Source: Octopus sinensis (lineage: Eukaryota). From it: 64,000 nt of DNA. The notes under the pieces were generated by a model. The model worked only from the letters and a program-made list of their open reading frames with translations, had not been told where the DNA came from and did not search any database. Location of the stretch: NCBI RefSeq assembly GCF_006345805.1, contig NC_043002.1, positions 33,604,001-33,668,000 on the forward strand. The letters are read 5' to 3'. Position 1 is the stretch's first letter. Every line of letters begins with the position of its first letter. Positions 12,014 through 26,134 of the stretch are shown here, piece by piece. Made by a program: the position numbers and the translations under genes.

Positions 12014-13949
12014 TGTATGTATGTATGTATGTATGTATGTATATGTATATATACTATGATTTCACTTAAATATAGAGATACTAATAACCAGTTTCTAGAA
12101 TTCAACATACACATTAGAGTAAAGCGATAGGCTAGTACAAAGCATAATATCTATTGATTAATGACAAAAGAACAGCAATCATGTAACCCTGTTCATTAGC
12201 ATACATCTTTTTTTACTAATACTAGTAGTGCTGTCAGAATGTTGCACAAGCAGTCAGAGCAGGGTGCTTATGCAACATTCTATAGCTTCCTCGGAGCTAT
12301 TATAATAAAGAGCACGCTTATTCCGGAAATCATTTAAATATTTTTATGGCATAAAAAATATTTTTTATCCAAGTATTGGTGAAATAGCTTTACTAGTTAA
12401 AGTAACAGTAGATTAAAGAAGCCTGTTAGCTTTCTCGTTAACAACGCATATATTATTTTAATGAAAAGGATACCTAAGCAAGTTAAAAATATTCCAATAA
12501 GTGGTGTTTATTAGCAGATACATATTTATCTTCATGTGCATTTAGTTTTCTTAATTATTTGTACCGATTGGAAATAATTGGTTGAGTCAAATAACTTGGT
12601 GGTTGCTACAGATATATCGATATTCTTATTCTTAACTACAGTTATGCTGAATATTTACTTGGGAAAATAAATCAAAAAAATCTTGCGGCATATAGAAACA
12701 GGGACTCACTAAATGAGCCGCCATTTCTATTCTATTGTGGTACGTAAAATAGATTGTGCGATAAAATGGCTGTCACTAGTATTTAAAATAAAAATTGATA
12801 ACTTTACGTTTCGTATACTATCCTTACACTGAGTCCTTAGTAGAATTCTTCAAAGAGTAGGATATAGTGTTCTTCCCAGTCAAGTTATTAGATACGGTAG
12901 AATTATGAGGTTGATGTATTTTACGAAAGAGTTTTAAAGAAGGTTGATGATGCTTGTGGAAAAACAAAATTGCGTTAGGAAAATATTAGTCAAATGTTTC
13001 AAATGTTGCTGGTGAAGAGACCGAGAAATTTTAAGAACATTTGGAAATATTTTAGTTTTTAACTTGACGTAGATCTACAAAATGATTTGTTTTATTTAAT
13101 GTTTAATGTCATAATTTCATAGTTTATCGACAGGTTGTAATATATAACAGAATATCATTGTGTATATTACTTTTGTTAGGGTGTAATTATAAACTTCCAC
13201 TCGTAGATTACGAATTGTTTTTGTAATGGTGAGCAACAGTTAATAGAAGAGGTAGGTCTGTGCTTTCGTTACCTTCTATGCGACCTGTGGTAACATGTTG
13301 TTCTTATATATTTTTGTTGGGATTTTTGTTAGTCAATTGTAGATTATTATTTTTCTTTTAGAACTAAAGCTTATATTTGATATAGGACTATATTGCTTTA
13401 TTCCTACATTGTCAGTTTTAATGCCGGATAGTTAAAGTGATATATTATTATGTTGGTTTATATTTAACTCCTAAATGGATCAATTATTTTGACATGGCGT
13501 TTCATTTCTGAGCATATTTTTTTATTTCCTTTTTTAATTATATACACTGTGTTAATTACAAAGAAATAGTTTGTTTTTTTTATCTTGCTTCCTTTATTTT
13601 TTTATTATAGAAATTAAAATGTACTTTTACTCATTTGGATTTAAGCTAGATAACTCGGACATTGAAAAAGTACATATAATTTAACTATCTTCGATATTTT
13701 AAAAGATGTATTGCTTTTAAATCAAAGGAAATTTTAGACAGTTTATTTAGGATGATAATTTTTAAAACAAGGAGTTACACGCATGTATCTACTTTCTCTT
13801 CGAATCTTTTTTCCTTTAACGTCTCTCTTCTTTGCGCATTTAGCACGCTGTCGTGTAGGGTTCTCTTTCTTATCACTTGGTGGTAGAGTTTAGAAGAGTG
13901 TGTAAGAGGAGGAAATTGAAAGTGAATGTAGCTAAGATTACTCTTAGCT

Positions 13950-14760
13950 ACATTCACATAAAATGGCTGGTAGGATGAATGTGAGTATAAATGGTGAGAT
14001 GTTAGAGGAGGTGAGTGCTTTTAAGCATCTAGGATCACATGTGATGATGGATGGGGTGATGAGGAACTGGGTATAGAGAGAGGAGGGGAATAAGATACTT
14101 GGAGTTGTGAAAGGTATGCTAAGAGATAAAAGGTTGTGTATGAAAGCAAAGAGAGGTGTGTATGAGAGCGTGATTGTGCCGACAGTGTTATATGGTGCAG
14201 AGACGTGAGGTCTGAGAGAGGCGGAAAGGAGGCAACTAGATGTGTTTGAGATGAGATGTCTGAGGGGCTATGGTTGATGGGACACGGATGGACAGGTTGA
14301 GGAATGAGGAGGTGCGAAGGCGAGCAGGAATGAGAGAAAATGTAACAACCAGAATGGATAGACGAATGTTGAGGTGGTTTGGTCACATGGAGAGGATGGA
14401 TGAGAATCGGATGGTAGGAGGGTGATGAAGGTAGAAGTGGTAGGCAGCAGAATCAGAGGCAGACCTCGGTTTGTGTGAATGGATGGAGAGAGGAAAGCTT
14501 TGGTGGTCAGAGAAGTTGGGGTGAGAGAGGCAAGAGAGTTTATAAATCATAGGAAAGCTTGGATAGTGTTTGTGAATGGAAGAGTGAATTGATGTTGCTC
14601 AAAGGGGTACGGGACCAGCATGATGCGACGGGGATAAACCAGCATATGCTGTCGGATCCCACTGCTGATATCGGGGATTGCGTTCTATGCCTTGACTCGC
14701 GCTCAGGGCGGGGCGGGGCTCGCCTCTTTGAGCTGAGAAATGAATGGAATGCTTGGTGTG
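13950..14760 (+). mobile_element. RTE-clade LINE 3' relic
   Basis: degenerate LEEVSAFKHLGS, KAKRGVYESVIVPTVLYGAET, LDVFEMRCLR, LRWFGHMERM. Confidence 0.8.
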
Positions 14761-14849
14761 TGTCCTGTTGCGACTACCCCCACCTAAAAAAGCGGGGAAT
14801 AGACCTGGGTATAGATATAATAATTTTAAGTTCTATAATTGTTGGCGTG

Positions 14850-17834
14850 GGTATGTACATTCTTTCGCCATAGCCACAAGGATGATAAAAATAGCTCTTC
14901 CTTCCCGTTTGAAGGAAGGAGGCGTGGCAATATTGACGATAGACTCAGCTGATAAACCGACTCGTCCCACACGTAACAGCAGTCGTCCGACATAAGCCCA
15001 CAGGTCTGAAATTGTTGGACAGTGCGTGCAGAACGATTTCGTCGTTCTGACCGCATCTCGGGCAGGTCGACCCCGTGTTTCTCGAGCCGTGTCTGTAGAG
15101 CTTATCCCGAACGGGTAGCACTTCTCGGTAGCACTGCCAGGCCAGGGTTCTCTGGAAGTTGTCCATGGGCCCTGGCCCGAAAGTCGTCCTGAACAGGCAG
15201 GTCAGGTATTCCTCGTCGACGTCCAGGTTCGCCCCGAGCTCGTTGTCCTACCTCCCCTCCACTAATCCCCTATGGAATCCTTTGGTTGTGTTGAAGTCAC
15301 TCAAGGTCGACCCGGGACGGCATAGCTGCTTGAGAGCAACGCGACACTCGCAGTGCCATTCGCCCTTCCTCGGCCTTTTTTTGATCCACGACTGCAGTTC
15401 GGTCATGGAGACGAGTTGCGGGAAAGCGTGCCGCACAAACGGTGACCACACCTGTTCACCGTCGTCTACGTAGAGCCTGAGATGTCGCAGTCTCAGTGCG
15501 TGTCTGCGCATCATCAACCACGGCATGCCCAGTCCCCCTTTTAACGGGTGTTAACAGCAAATGGATCACCTGACCATCGGGACGCATCCTTTCCACAAGA
15601 AGCGAAAGAGAATGCGTTCTAGTTTGGTGATGGTAGGGTCGGGACAAGGTACGATGGTCAGGCGGTAGTAGATGACGGACGCGATGTACGAGTTCGCCAC
15701 CTCCGCCCGACCTTTTAGGGACAGTTTCCTCTCGGCCCATTGCCGGGCGAGAGTGACCACCCTACTCGTTATCTCGTTCCAGCTTTTCTCCATTTGGAGG
15801 TCCGAACCAAACCAGACCCCGAGCAATTCGATCGGGCCGTCGGTCCGGCGTCCCACGACGGAGGCGCTGGTGGACGGCATGGGCTTGCTTCTCCAGGTGC
15901 CGAGTCGCAATCCCACTGATTTTTCCCGGTTGATTTTTGCTCCTGTCACCGCTTCGTAGTCTTTCAATGTCTCGCCGACCAGGTCGATGTGCTCGTGGCG
16001 AGACACTATGACGGTGACTTCGTCCGCGTATGCAGACACGCTCGTCCCGCTTCCCAATTCTCGCGGGATGCCTCTCAGAGTTGCCAGCTTCCGCAATAAT
16101 GGGTCGAGAGTCAATACGTAGAGAAGCGACGAGAGGGGGCATCCCTGACGGGCCGAACGTGCAATGTCGAAAGGTTTCGATAGATGTCCATTTACGCGAA
16201 TTACCTAGCGGATACCTCTGTACAAAGCGGCTATCCAGCCGCGGAAGACGGGACCGAAACCAGCCGCTCTGAGGACAGCCTCCAAGTATCGATGGTCTAC
16301 CCTATCGAAAGCTTTCGATTGATCCAAATTGATCAGCGCCCCACCATGCCAGGTTCCTTAACTACCCTGTCTATGATGTAGCGCATCAGGTGGAGGTTGT
16401 CATGGATGCTCCGGCCCGGTACGGCGCACGTTTGCGCCTTGTCGACCAGTTTCTCGATGACAAGCGCCAACCTCTTGGCTAATACCATGACCAAAATTTT
16501 CAAGTCTGCATTACGCAGAGTGATGGGCCTAAAGTTATCTATTACATCCCCCTTGTTTAGATCTTTCTTCAGCAGTATTACGGCTCGTCGGCTCACAAAA
16601 CCAGGAATGCTCCTGTTTTGCTGCCAGTTTCAGTACACCGCTGCCAAGATGTCTCCAAACAAGTCTGGCATAACACTGTAAAGCTCGTAGGATAGACCAT
16701 CCAAACCTGGAGATTTGTCCCTCGAGCACTCTGCCATCGCGTCCTGCACTTCCGCCGCCGTGATGGCACCTTCGCAGCGCCCTGCCTCTCTTGTCGAGAG
16801 TCGTGGTAGGCTGTGTAGGTAGGCACTGAAGTCCACCCTACGTTCTTGCCCGCCACTCGTCCCGAACAGTCGGGCAAAATGCTGTTGAAAGGCCTCACAC
16901 ACTTTACTTGGCTCGAGCAATTCGTGCCCCTGTTCATCTACCAGAGACCGAATGGTGACTTTGTTGCCCTGTTGCGCCTCTGCGACCCGGGCCTCTCGCA
17001 CGGCTCCAACACCTTCGTTCTTCAGAGCACGCATCCTAGCTCTGACAATACACCCTTCGTGTTTGGCGTTGAAGTGTTGGTTGAGGGCCAACCTCGCCGC
17101 CAAAACATCGGATGCGATGCCGCTTCTAATTGCCTCTTCTAGCTTCTTAACTAGCTCACCCTCTACTCTGTTTCTATCTATGGCTAGTGCTTTGCTGTAC
17201 CTAATCGCTTCTACTTTTACTGCTCTCTTGAGGGCAAACCACCGTTTGTTGTTGACTAGTGTGCTAATCCGGTCCCTGAAAGCCTGTCTCGATGGGAAAG
17301 ACGCGTTTAGTTTCCAGTATCCGGGACCCTGCCTATGTGTCTTACCCAAGTCTAGCGTACATGTCACAAGTTTGGGATCCGTGTAGCTGACTATGTGGAA
17401 TTGTGGACATCCTACTCTATCTCTATCTACTGTCCTACACAGTATCCTATCTAGATACGTTCTCGACGACCCGATGCGGTTGCTCCATGTCCACGTTGGC
17501 GCACTCGGGTGGTCGAGTCGGTATCTGTTAGACAGTTGAAAGCATCTGAGCAGGTCTCTGAGGCATTTGCATCCCCGTCTATTCCTATCTCTGCTCACGT
17601 AGTCTACATGCGTGTCCAGGGTAGCGTTCCAATCCCCCACTAAGAGTAAAGGACGAGACGTTCCCAAGAATACTTCTAGACGTTGAAAGAAATCCGCCCG
17701 ACCTGTTAAAGGCGGTGCGTAAGACTGATACGAGTCGAAAAGCGCACCCATTGCTGCCGTCGACATCCAGGACGACCAGTCTACCCTCCGGATCTACGAA
17801 TATTGTCTTTACTTTGAGATCCAGACTTACTTTG

Positions 17835-17838
<4 letters not shown>
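14850..17838 (-). mobile_element. Tx1/L1-clade LINE ORF2 fragment (5'- and 3'-truncated, frameshifted); 5' junction at (GATA)n
   Basis: ORFs 16630-17766 (APE: GDWNATLD, SRTYLDRI), 16333-16596 (RPITLRNADLKIL), 15566-16114 (YADEV), 14945-15526; roughly 80% similar to 32124-37756 by eye. Confidence 0.93.
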
Positions 17839-17877
<39 letters not shown>

Positions 17878-17954
17878 CAGACAGAGAGATAAATAGATAT
17901 ACAAACACACACACACTCACACATACATATATATATACATATATACATATATAC

Positions 17955-17989
<35 letters not shown>

Positions 17990-18099
17990 TGCATGTATGT
18001 ATGTATATATATATATATGTATATATATATGTATATATATATATATATATTATATATATATATATATATTATATATATATATAATATATATATATATAT

Positions 18100-18133
<34 letters not shown>

Positions 18134-18141
18134 TAATATAT

Positions 18142-18196
<55 letters not shown>

Positions 18197-19345
18197 ATAT
18201 ATATATATATAATATATATATAATATGGTACAACAAGGCACCAATATTTACTGGAAATAGCAGTCGATAATTTTACGTCGCTGTAGTAAAGCTTCACTGT
18301 ACATACATATTCTGGCAAAGATGTGTGCAGGCAGCTTACATAAGAAATGGAAACCCAGAATTGGATAATATTAGTACCTAGGTTTCGAACTCTTCAAATA
18401 AGGTATGCGTTTTGAAAGGGATTCGTGTAATACTGCTATCCAGTTTTTTTTTTTACAACACTCAAATTATAATTGGGAAAATGATTTTATCTACAAATAA
18501 CAACCTTCACGTGTAAAAATAAAACGAAATTTAATCAGTATTTGGTAAAGATCGTTTGTAAAGTAATGTAAATTATTTGATTATTTACCAGCAACTAAAG
18601 TAAAATAACAGAAAATAGAGTAAAATTATTCTATTTGTTAACCACAACCTCATATAAAATAATTTCATGCATTTCTATAATAAACATTATTCAAATATTG
18701 CAGTGTGTGGTGAAAAGATGATAGAAAACTATATAATATATATAAAACTATATGACAGTCTTGTGAGGTGAAAACATTGGATTTCATAGAGGTTGAAAAT
18801 TAAAAATTAGAACTAAATGATATTCCTTCTTTACCTCAAAACAGTTTTGCAAACATTTCATTGACTAATCACCATCTTTTTCACAAGCCAAAAGTTTGAC
18901 TACCAACAGCCAAGCAAGCCAGCAAACTTTTGCGATACACCTAATGTTACCTCCAGACTTTACTAAATGTTTAATAACTTCTCTTACTTTATTTTGTTTT
19001 CTGTCATTCATACAAGATTCTGACATAAATAATTTTGCCCCTTTGAACGCAATCGTGAACAAAACTGTTTGAATTTTCTTTTTCCTTAATATTATTTTTT
19101 TTTCCTTATTTTTAACTTCCGGTGCTTGCAAAAGTTTCATTGTTATTCATACATTTTGTCATAAAAATAACTATATTCACACCAGATGCGAAATATTGCC
19201 AGAAGACTCCCTCACCTACAAAAAAAAACAGAAACTGGCATGTAAGGAAGGACGGAATAGTCATGGATGAAACTCCGTTGTAGATCTGCACGGTTAATGC
19301 TTACCAGAGCCTAAACAAATGTAACTTCTCATACACAACGTTCTA

Positions 19346-19670
<325 letters not shown>

Positions 19671-19924
19671 ACAATCTCACACAACAAAAAACTTCCTCAT
19701 ATACACAGGTTTGTTTCAATATTTCAATATATATATATTTTTTTTCATTTCATTGAAAGGAATATAAGCATAAATAGCTTGAGGCTTACCGAGGTTACAA
19801 GAGATTTCAACGAATTACCAACCTGGATGAGGAACAGAATTGATGTTGCCCAGAACACAAACCTGTAGCGACTAACGTGAAAAGTGAATTTGCTTCTAAG
19901 TAAACATCATGATGTTCAGGTAGG

Positions 19925-20290
19925 TTCATTGTTAATCACAACTCGTTTACATATTTTAATTTTCTTCGGCATAATTTATACAGTCTATACATCCATGCTG
20001 CTTTTATATTAAAATGTTATTAAAAACATAAAATTATTCTGTTTAATAAATAATTCATTTCCTTCTGCTCATAATTTACAGAAAATTGGAGCTACTCTAT
20101 ACTAATTTGTAAACTCGTTTACATATTTTAATTTTATTCCACATAATTTATAGACCATCTATACATCATGCTGCTTTTATAAGAACATGTCATTAAAAGC
20201 GTCAAATTATTGTTTAACAAATAATTACCTTTTGTTCATATTTTACATAAGTTGTAGCTATACTAATTTAATATCTTTTCGTTAATTTTA
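19925..20290 (+). repeat. Two tandem ~170-bp copies of a dispersed AT-rich repeat (others at ~11130-11300, ~23100-23330, ~39440-39690)
   Basis: tttacatatttt...ataattta...catgctgcttttat...aattatt.tgttta shared, all in + orientation. Confidence 0.7.
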
Positions 20291-20429
20291 ATTTTAAATT
20301 TGCCAGACTGTTTCACTCGATGGAGGATAGCTGCTTATTTTTCCCGACTTTCTCGTTCCCATTCTGACTATCTGCCATCACTTTATCTATTTATCTAATA
20401 CAGAGAGTTGCTTATTTGCAAAAAAAAAA

Positions 20430-20770
20430 CAAAAAAAAAAGAAATATAACATGTGGCTTCATTGACCGAGGTTACCGTGGTCTTTTCCGTAGGCTTTTCT
20501 TTCCACGGGTAAACCTCACCTGTCCTCCCTTTTACACTTCATATTGACATTTCTGTGATAACGATCCCTATTGATCCAATTTTTTCCTTTCCCTTCCCGC
20601 CCCCCTTTTTTAATTTTATTTTATCTCCCCCTTTTTTGTCCTCTTTCTTTCCATTTACGATCCCTTTTGATCGAAAACCAAACCCCCTTCTTTTACCTCC
20701 AAAAGAAAAGCTCTACCTTGTAATTTTGTCCTGTCTGTGTGCAGCCCTGTGTGGCTAATAAAGAAACATA
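20430..20770 (+). mobile_element. Tx1-family 3'UTR fragment ending in (TATC)n
   Basis: matches reverse complement of 32124-32390 (cgtggtcttttc, cgatcccttttgatcg, aaagaaaagctctac, cagccctgtgtgg.taataaa.gaaa), followed directly by tatctatctatc. Confidence 0.85.
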
Positions 20771-20930
20771 TCTATCTATCTGTCTGTCTGTCTTTCTGTC
20801 TATATGTCTGTTTCTCTGACTGTCTGACCTTCTCCCCCCTCTCTCTCTCTGTCTATCTATCTATCAATCTATTTATTTATCTATCTAACTACCTGTCTAC
20901 CCACCTATCTACTACCTGTCTACCCACCTC

Positions 20931-20969
<39 letters not shown>

Positions 20970-21544
20970 GTCTGTCTGTCTGTATGTCTGTCTGTGTCTG
21001 TCTAGTCAGTGTTACAATACTGCCCTACTCTTCCCTTCCATTTCTCTTTGCACGAAACAAATGTTCATCTTTCTATGTTTCTATAGTGTAACAGAAAGAT
21101 AGATATCAGCAAATATATAGTCATGTGATTTAGCATTCCTTGCATCTCTGTTACACGCACACACACTCACACACATACACACACATCATATGTATATACT
21201 TGAGTCATATATGATTTGAACACAGAATATCCCTTCTTACTTGTTCTGTAACCATAAATAATTGGCAGTTCCTGATAGTTAGAGATACAACATTAGTCTA
21301 ATGTAGATAGATATGTAACAAAGACAAAGACCTCTGGTAAATGATTGCAAAAATCGTAGTAATGGAACAGGCCCTATTTCCGTAAACCGAACACGCATAC
21401 ATACATGCATTCATGCATATATACATACATACATACATACGCGCACACACACATACATACATACATACATACATACATACATACATACATACATACATAC
21501 ATACATACATACATAGGCGCACACACACATGCACACACACGTAT

Positions 21545-21625
<81 letters not shown>

Positions 21626-21654
21626 GATAGATAGATAGATATAAACAAACTAGC

Positions 21655-21915
21655 TCGTAAAGAAAACTCTATAAAAGAAAACACTATTCAAACAGTGAAG
21701 TAATGTTTATCGCCACCTAAACATGGGTGTTTTCTAAGAACAGACGTTGCTGTTATTTTAACCCCAGGAGCACGACCCCACCAGGTGGTTATTCAGTACG
21801 CTCCGCTCTCGATATATATTGCAAGCGGGGAGAGAACTCCCTACTATTCCAGCCTCGAGACTACCAGACTGCGCTGTTTCGTCCTTATTATAGCAATCCT
21901 CAGTGATGGATACTC
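21655..21915. mobile_element. Penelope-type terminal-repeat relic with hammerhead-like motif (paralog at 37835-38040, distal part inverted)
   Basis: ctcgatatatattgcaagc.gg..gagaact...ttccagcctcgaga.tacca.actgcgc.gtttcgtccttatta shared; class assignment inferred from the hammerhead-like motif. Confidence 0.55.
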
Positions 21916-21928
21916 GGGGATAGATATA

Positions 21929-22375
21929 CAAGGTGATATCAAAAGGTACCAGACTAGTTCTGTAACGCGGCAACAGATGGCAGCACGTGGTTGCGTGCGC
22001 ATTGAGAACTAGCAGTGGCCTTCATGAGGCAATATTCCAAGTGTCATCGCTGTGTTTACTTCACAAGTTATGAAATTTGTATTTTTGTGGTCACGTGAAT
22101 GCTGTAATCTGCGATTTTTTCATGGATAGGAACAGTAATTTTTTGTGTTAAACCTGGGATGTCTGCTACCGAGACATTAAGCATGCTTCTGCAAGCTTAC
22201 GTACCAATGGGTCGTATACAATGTTTCGAGTAGTACGGGTGCTTCAAAACCGGGGGGAATGTACCTGGAAGACGATGAGCGATCTGGAAGACCAGTCACA
22301 AGCGTCACCCACGGAAATGTAATATTGTGCATCGAGAATTCGTCCCCCAGGGCCAGACCGTCAGTCGATGTCAAT
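21929..22375 (+). mobile_element. Mariner transposon 5' relic
   Basis: TA+CAAGGTGATATCAAAAGG TIR-like start; KPGMSATETLSMLLQAY and EDDERSGRPVTS HTH motifs. Confidence 0.75.
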
Positions 22376-22642
22376 ATACACACATATATATATGTATAGA
22401 TATATTTGTAAATATATATAAATACATATGGATCGCTAGCCACTAAACCATTTTCTATTTTCTCGCCCAGTTTATTTCTGTGTTCTTTTCTGTCGAAGAG
22501 TGTAGGCTCGAAACGTAAAAGGCTTTCTCTCTTCCCGAGTGTTAAACTAATACATCTATTTGTTGTTTACTCACCCGTCTTCGTCTTTCGTTTTTTGTCT
22601 TTTGTAAATTCTCGCTATATATATATATAGATATATATATAT

Positions 22643-22746
<104 letters not shown>

Positions 22747-22862
22747 ATATATATACATATTTGCATGTATATATTATATATATATATGTATATATGTACA
22801 TATATATGGATTATATGTTTATATTATATACGTGAGTGTGTATACGCGTGTTGTGTGTGTGT

Positions 22863-22933
<71 letters not shown>

Positions 22934-23479
22934 TGTGTGTGTCTGTGTCTGTCTGTCTTCTGTTCACGCGCTTAAATACTTTGAAACTTACCAAAGTTTA
23001 GAGGATGTTACAATGAATTTCTAGATTGTATTCAGAATATATCTGACATTGCACAGGTCACGAACATTCTCTTGTGTCTGGAGTGAAAAATGTATATTTC
23101 AAGCAATCACCGTGATATTCAGGCAGGCTCGTTGTTAATCCCAAAACATTTACATATATTTCAGTTTTCTCCTATATAATTTATGTGCCATCTTTGCACC
23201 GTGCTGCTTTTATGAGTCAAAAGCTGTTAAAAATCGTTGAATTATTGTGTTTAATTGAATTGTTCGCTGCATTCTGTTGGCATTTTACACAGCTGTTGCA
23301 ATTTAATTTATTTTTATAAATGATCATTTCAAATAATTACAATATCAATAGTGTTTAAATTCATGATCATTGCAAGATCATTCGCAGAAACTAAAAGATT
23401 TTTAAAAAGAAAACCGATAGAAAAAATGCCTTCAAAAAGAAAATAGTTTCATTGCTAATAGTTTCATTACTAATTCATG

Positions 23480-23740
23480 CTGTAAACTTGGAATATTGGA
23501 AATAAAGCTGGTTGTGATTGACAGGTAAATCCTTATCATGAGAAATTGAATCGCTAATTTTAGTTGCTCAGGAGCAAGCTTTCAGAATGAATTTGATTAA
23601 GACAAAGATTGATAAAATTGTCACGGAGCAAACACAGGATGTGTGGAAAAGTGGTCGAAAGTATTAATCATCTTCCAGGCGAGTGCAATAAGCTAGCACA
23701 AAAGGAGCATAAAAGCAAGCGTAACTGTGTTGCTAAAAGA
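23480..23740 (+). mobile_element. R4/NeSL-like (restriction-like endonuclease type) LINE relic; RT piece of a related element at ~40480-40860
   Basis: VAQEQA..IDK..HRMCGKVVESINHLPGECNKLAQKEH; at 40490 YMDDFKVYTK...ERCKYLEMLQDD. Confidence 0.65.
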
Positions 23741-24259
23741 ATGCAATGTTCTAGGTTATACTACTCTCAAGAAAGCAACACATCAGTAGGTTTTCTTTAT
23801 TTTTCTTTATTTTTATACTTTTATTGTTTGTTTCCATCATTACATTCTTCTTTAAGTATGGCAATGGCTCGAACTCTTTTGCATTTTAGTTTTATATATA
23901 AATAGTTTATTTGTCTTTTAGCTTGACATGTGAATGACCTTCCTCTGTAGATGTGGGTTTCGCCCTACATATTTCATTACGATCTTAGATTTTAATGAAA
24001 TGTCGTCTAAAACATTATTAGCCATTAAATATTTAAATATTTACAGTTCATGTATTATGAATAATAACTTCATAGACACAAGGGATTTTTACAAAAGATG
24101 GCTGTCAACTTCTTCTTCAGGCTTGGAGATACTTATCTTGAGATCAACTCTTGACTTTGCTGGACACCACTCAGCGGTTGGTTTTACACTTTGCTTTAGT
24201 CTCTGCAAGAAATAAAACCAAAACTAAAAATTTATTCCATTATTACACGCTAGCACACA

Positions 24260-24290
<31 letters not shown>

Positions 24291-24319
24291 CCACACACAC
24301 ACACACACATACACACATA

Positions 24320-24441
<122 letters not shown>

Positions 24442-25149
24442 ATATAAGTTCAGCAAAAATTTAGATTCAAATGAATATGGTACTCAATTTAGATGCACCA
24501 GAATTCTGTATGGTGTTATCCCTCTCAGAACCTCAGAACCTTACAGTAGTCTGGAACAACTGAATCTTAGTCAGTCAGCTGATGGGCTCAGTACCCCAAA
24601 TGTTCTTAAAATTTTAATCCACATCTTTGTCTATATATCTACCTTCTCTATAATGTTGCCACTTGATAGGAAAATTTTTGTATTAATGGAAAACCTCTAT
24701 AATTGGCTGATGAGTGCTCAGCATTTTAAAACTGTTGTAATACTTACAACATTTAATAAAATGATGTAGTACGAAACGATCATACCAAATTACCGGAGTC
24801 ATTCTTGTTGCTTATTTTGAGTATATATATATATACATAAATACTTTTTATTGAAGCTGCAAAATTATCACAAAGCTATTACTTTCACGTTCCCGTTCAT
24901 TGTGATGGAAAACTGGATTAAAATTGCTCTGGTGCATGTAATATAGTTTAAGGTTATTCAAATACACAAATAAGCATTCAAATTTGATTGGATGTTTGGT
25001 TTTTAAAACATAATGGCTACCAGTTGTGTGTTGGGGACGGTTGAAGAATTTGAGAAGCGAAGTTCTTGCAACATGAATAGCTGAACTTAGACGTTCTCCT
25101 ATTGAAGATTCTGTGGTATTTATTTCTGGCTAAATGATGTCTCGAGACT

Positions 25150-25410
25150 AAATTTTAAAATTTAATACCTATGTTAGTTCTAACGGTAGCACTGAGGGTT
25201 AGGTTGAACAACAAAACTTTTCTAGTCCTGATCTTACGTGCCCTGCTTTGGCTATCTTCGCTTCGAATATGTTGGATCTGCTCTGAGAAACAACTATGCA
25301 GAGCATCATTATAGTACGAGGCAGCATTTCGAAAAGCTACTTCATCCGAAGATAGTGATGAAATCTGTTTCCCTATACCATTAGCCATATTAAGTATGAC
25401 AAGTGGGTGA
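25150..25410 (-). mobile_element. Penelope-like RT C-terminal relic
   Basis: PSHPLVILNMANGIGKQISSLSSDEVAFRNAASYYNDAL resembles the SNHPP..I..RISxLSSxEE.F..A..Y..AL motif. Confidence 0.75.
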
Positions 25411-25430
25411 CTGGGCCCTTTGTCGATATA

Positions 25431-25504
<74 letters not shown>

Positions 25505-26056
25505 CATGTGTGTGTGTGTGTGGTGTGTGTATGTATGTATGTATGTATGTATGTATATGTAAGAAATGGAAAACAAAACAATAAATTGAACAATATGAAT
25601 TTAGTTCAATTTAATTATTTTATATAAACAAATGACACATTGCATTAATTACAGCTGTTTCCGCTTCATTAATAAAACGAGGTTTTCCAAGAATATTCAA
25701 ATCCGTTTAAATATGTAATGATGCTTCATCAGATCGACATATCTCCTTCAATATTTCACAAAAAATATCAATTGAAAATATGTATAACTGTTAAGTCTTT
25801 TTGAAAACGCTTTTTAAGATCGAGCTTAATCATAAATAAGTAAATAATCGAACTGAAATTACGTAAATACCCAAATTTAAATCTATAACTATCCATTTCT
25901 ATAACCGATTTCATTACACAATACACACTTTTATATATATACATATTCATATATTTATATATACCTTTATATACACACATACACCTATCATTTATGTATA
26001 CATACACACACACGTACGTATACACACATGCATATTCACATACACAAGTTTAGTTA

Positions 26057-26092
<36 letters not shown>

Positions 26093-26134
26093 TATACAAT
26101 ATGCATACATATAAAATTCATACACATATGTATC

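Noticed and set aside
12800-13760. Possible hAT transposase relic
   Set aside because: Only a vague LRIVFVMVSN resemblance, with no TIRs or continuous motif.
11400-19320. Donor-like gtaagt/gtaagc sites (minus strand, ~11450 and ~19310) as the 5'UTR exon of paralog A
   Set aside because: No way to distinguish them from chance sites without transcript data.
22486-22522. Hammerhead-like ttttctgtcgaagag-tgtagg-ctcgaaacgtaaaag
   Set aside because: The core is not CUGANGA (extra nucleotides) and stem III is too short; at best a decayed relic.
24700-24745. CTGATGA-gtgc-tca-gcat motif
   Set aside because: GAAA is missing (ttttaaaac) and no stem I pairing is evident.
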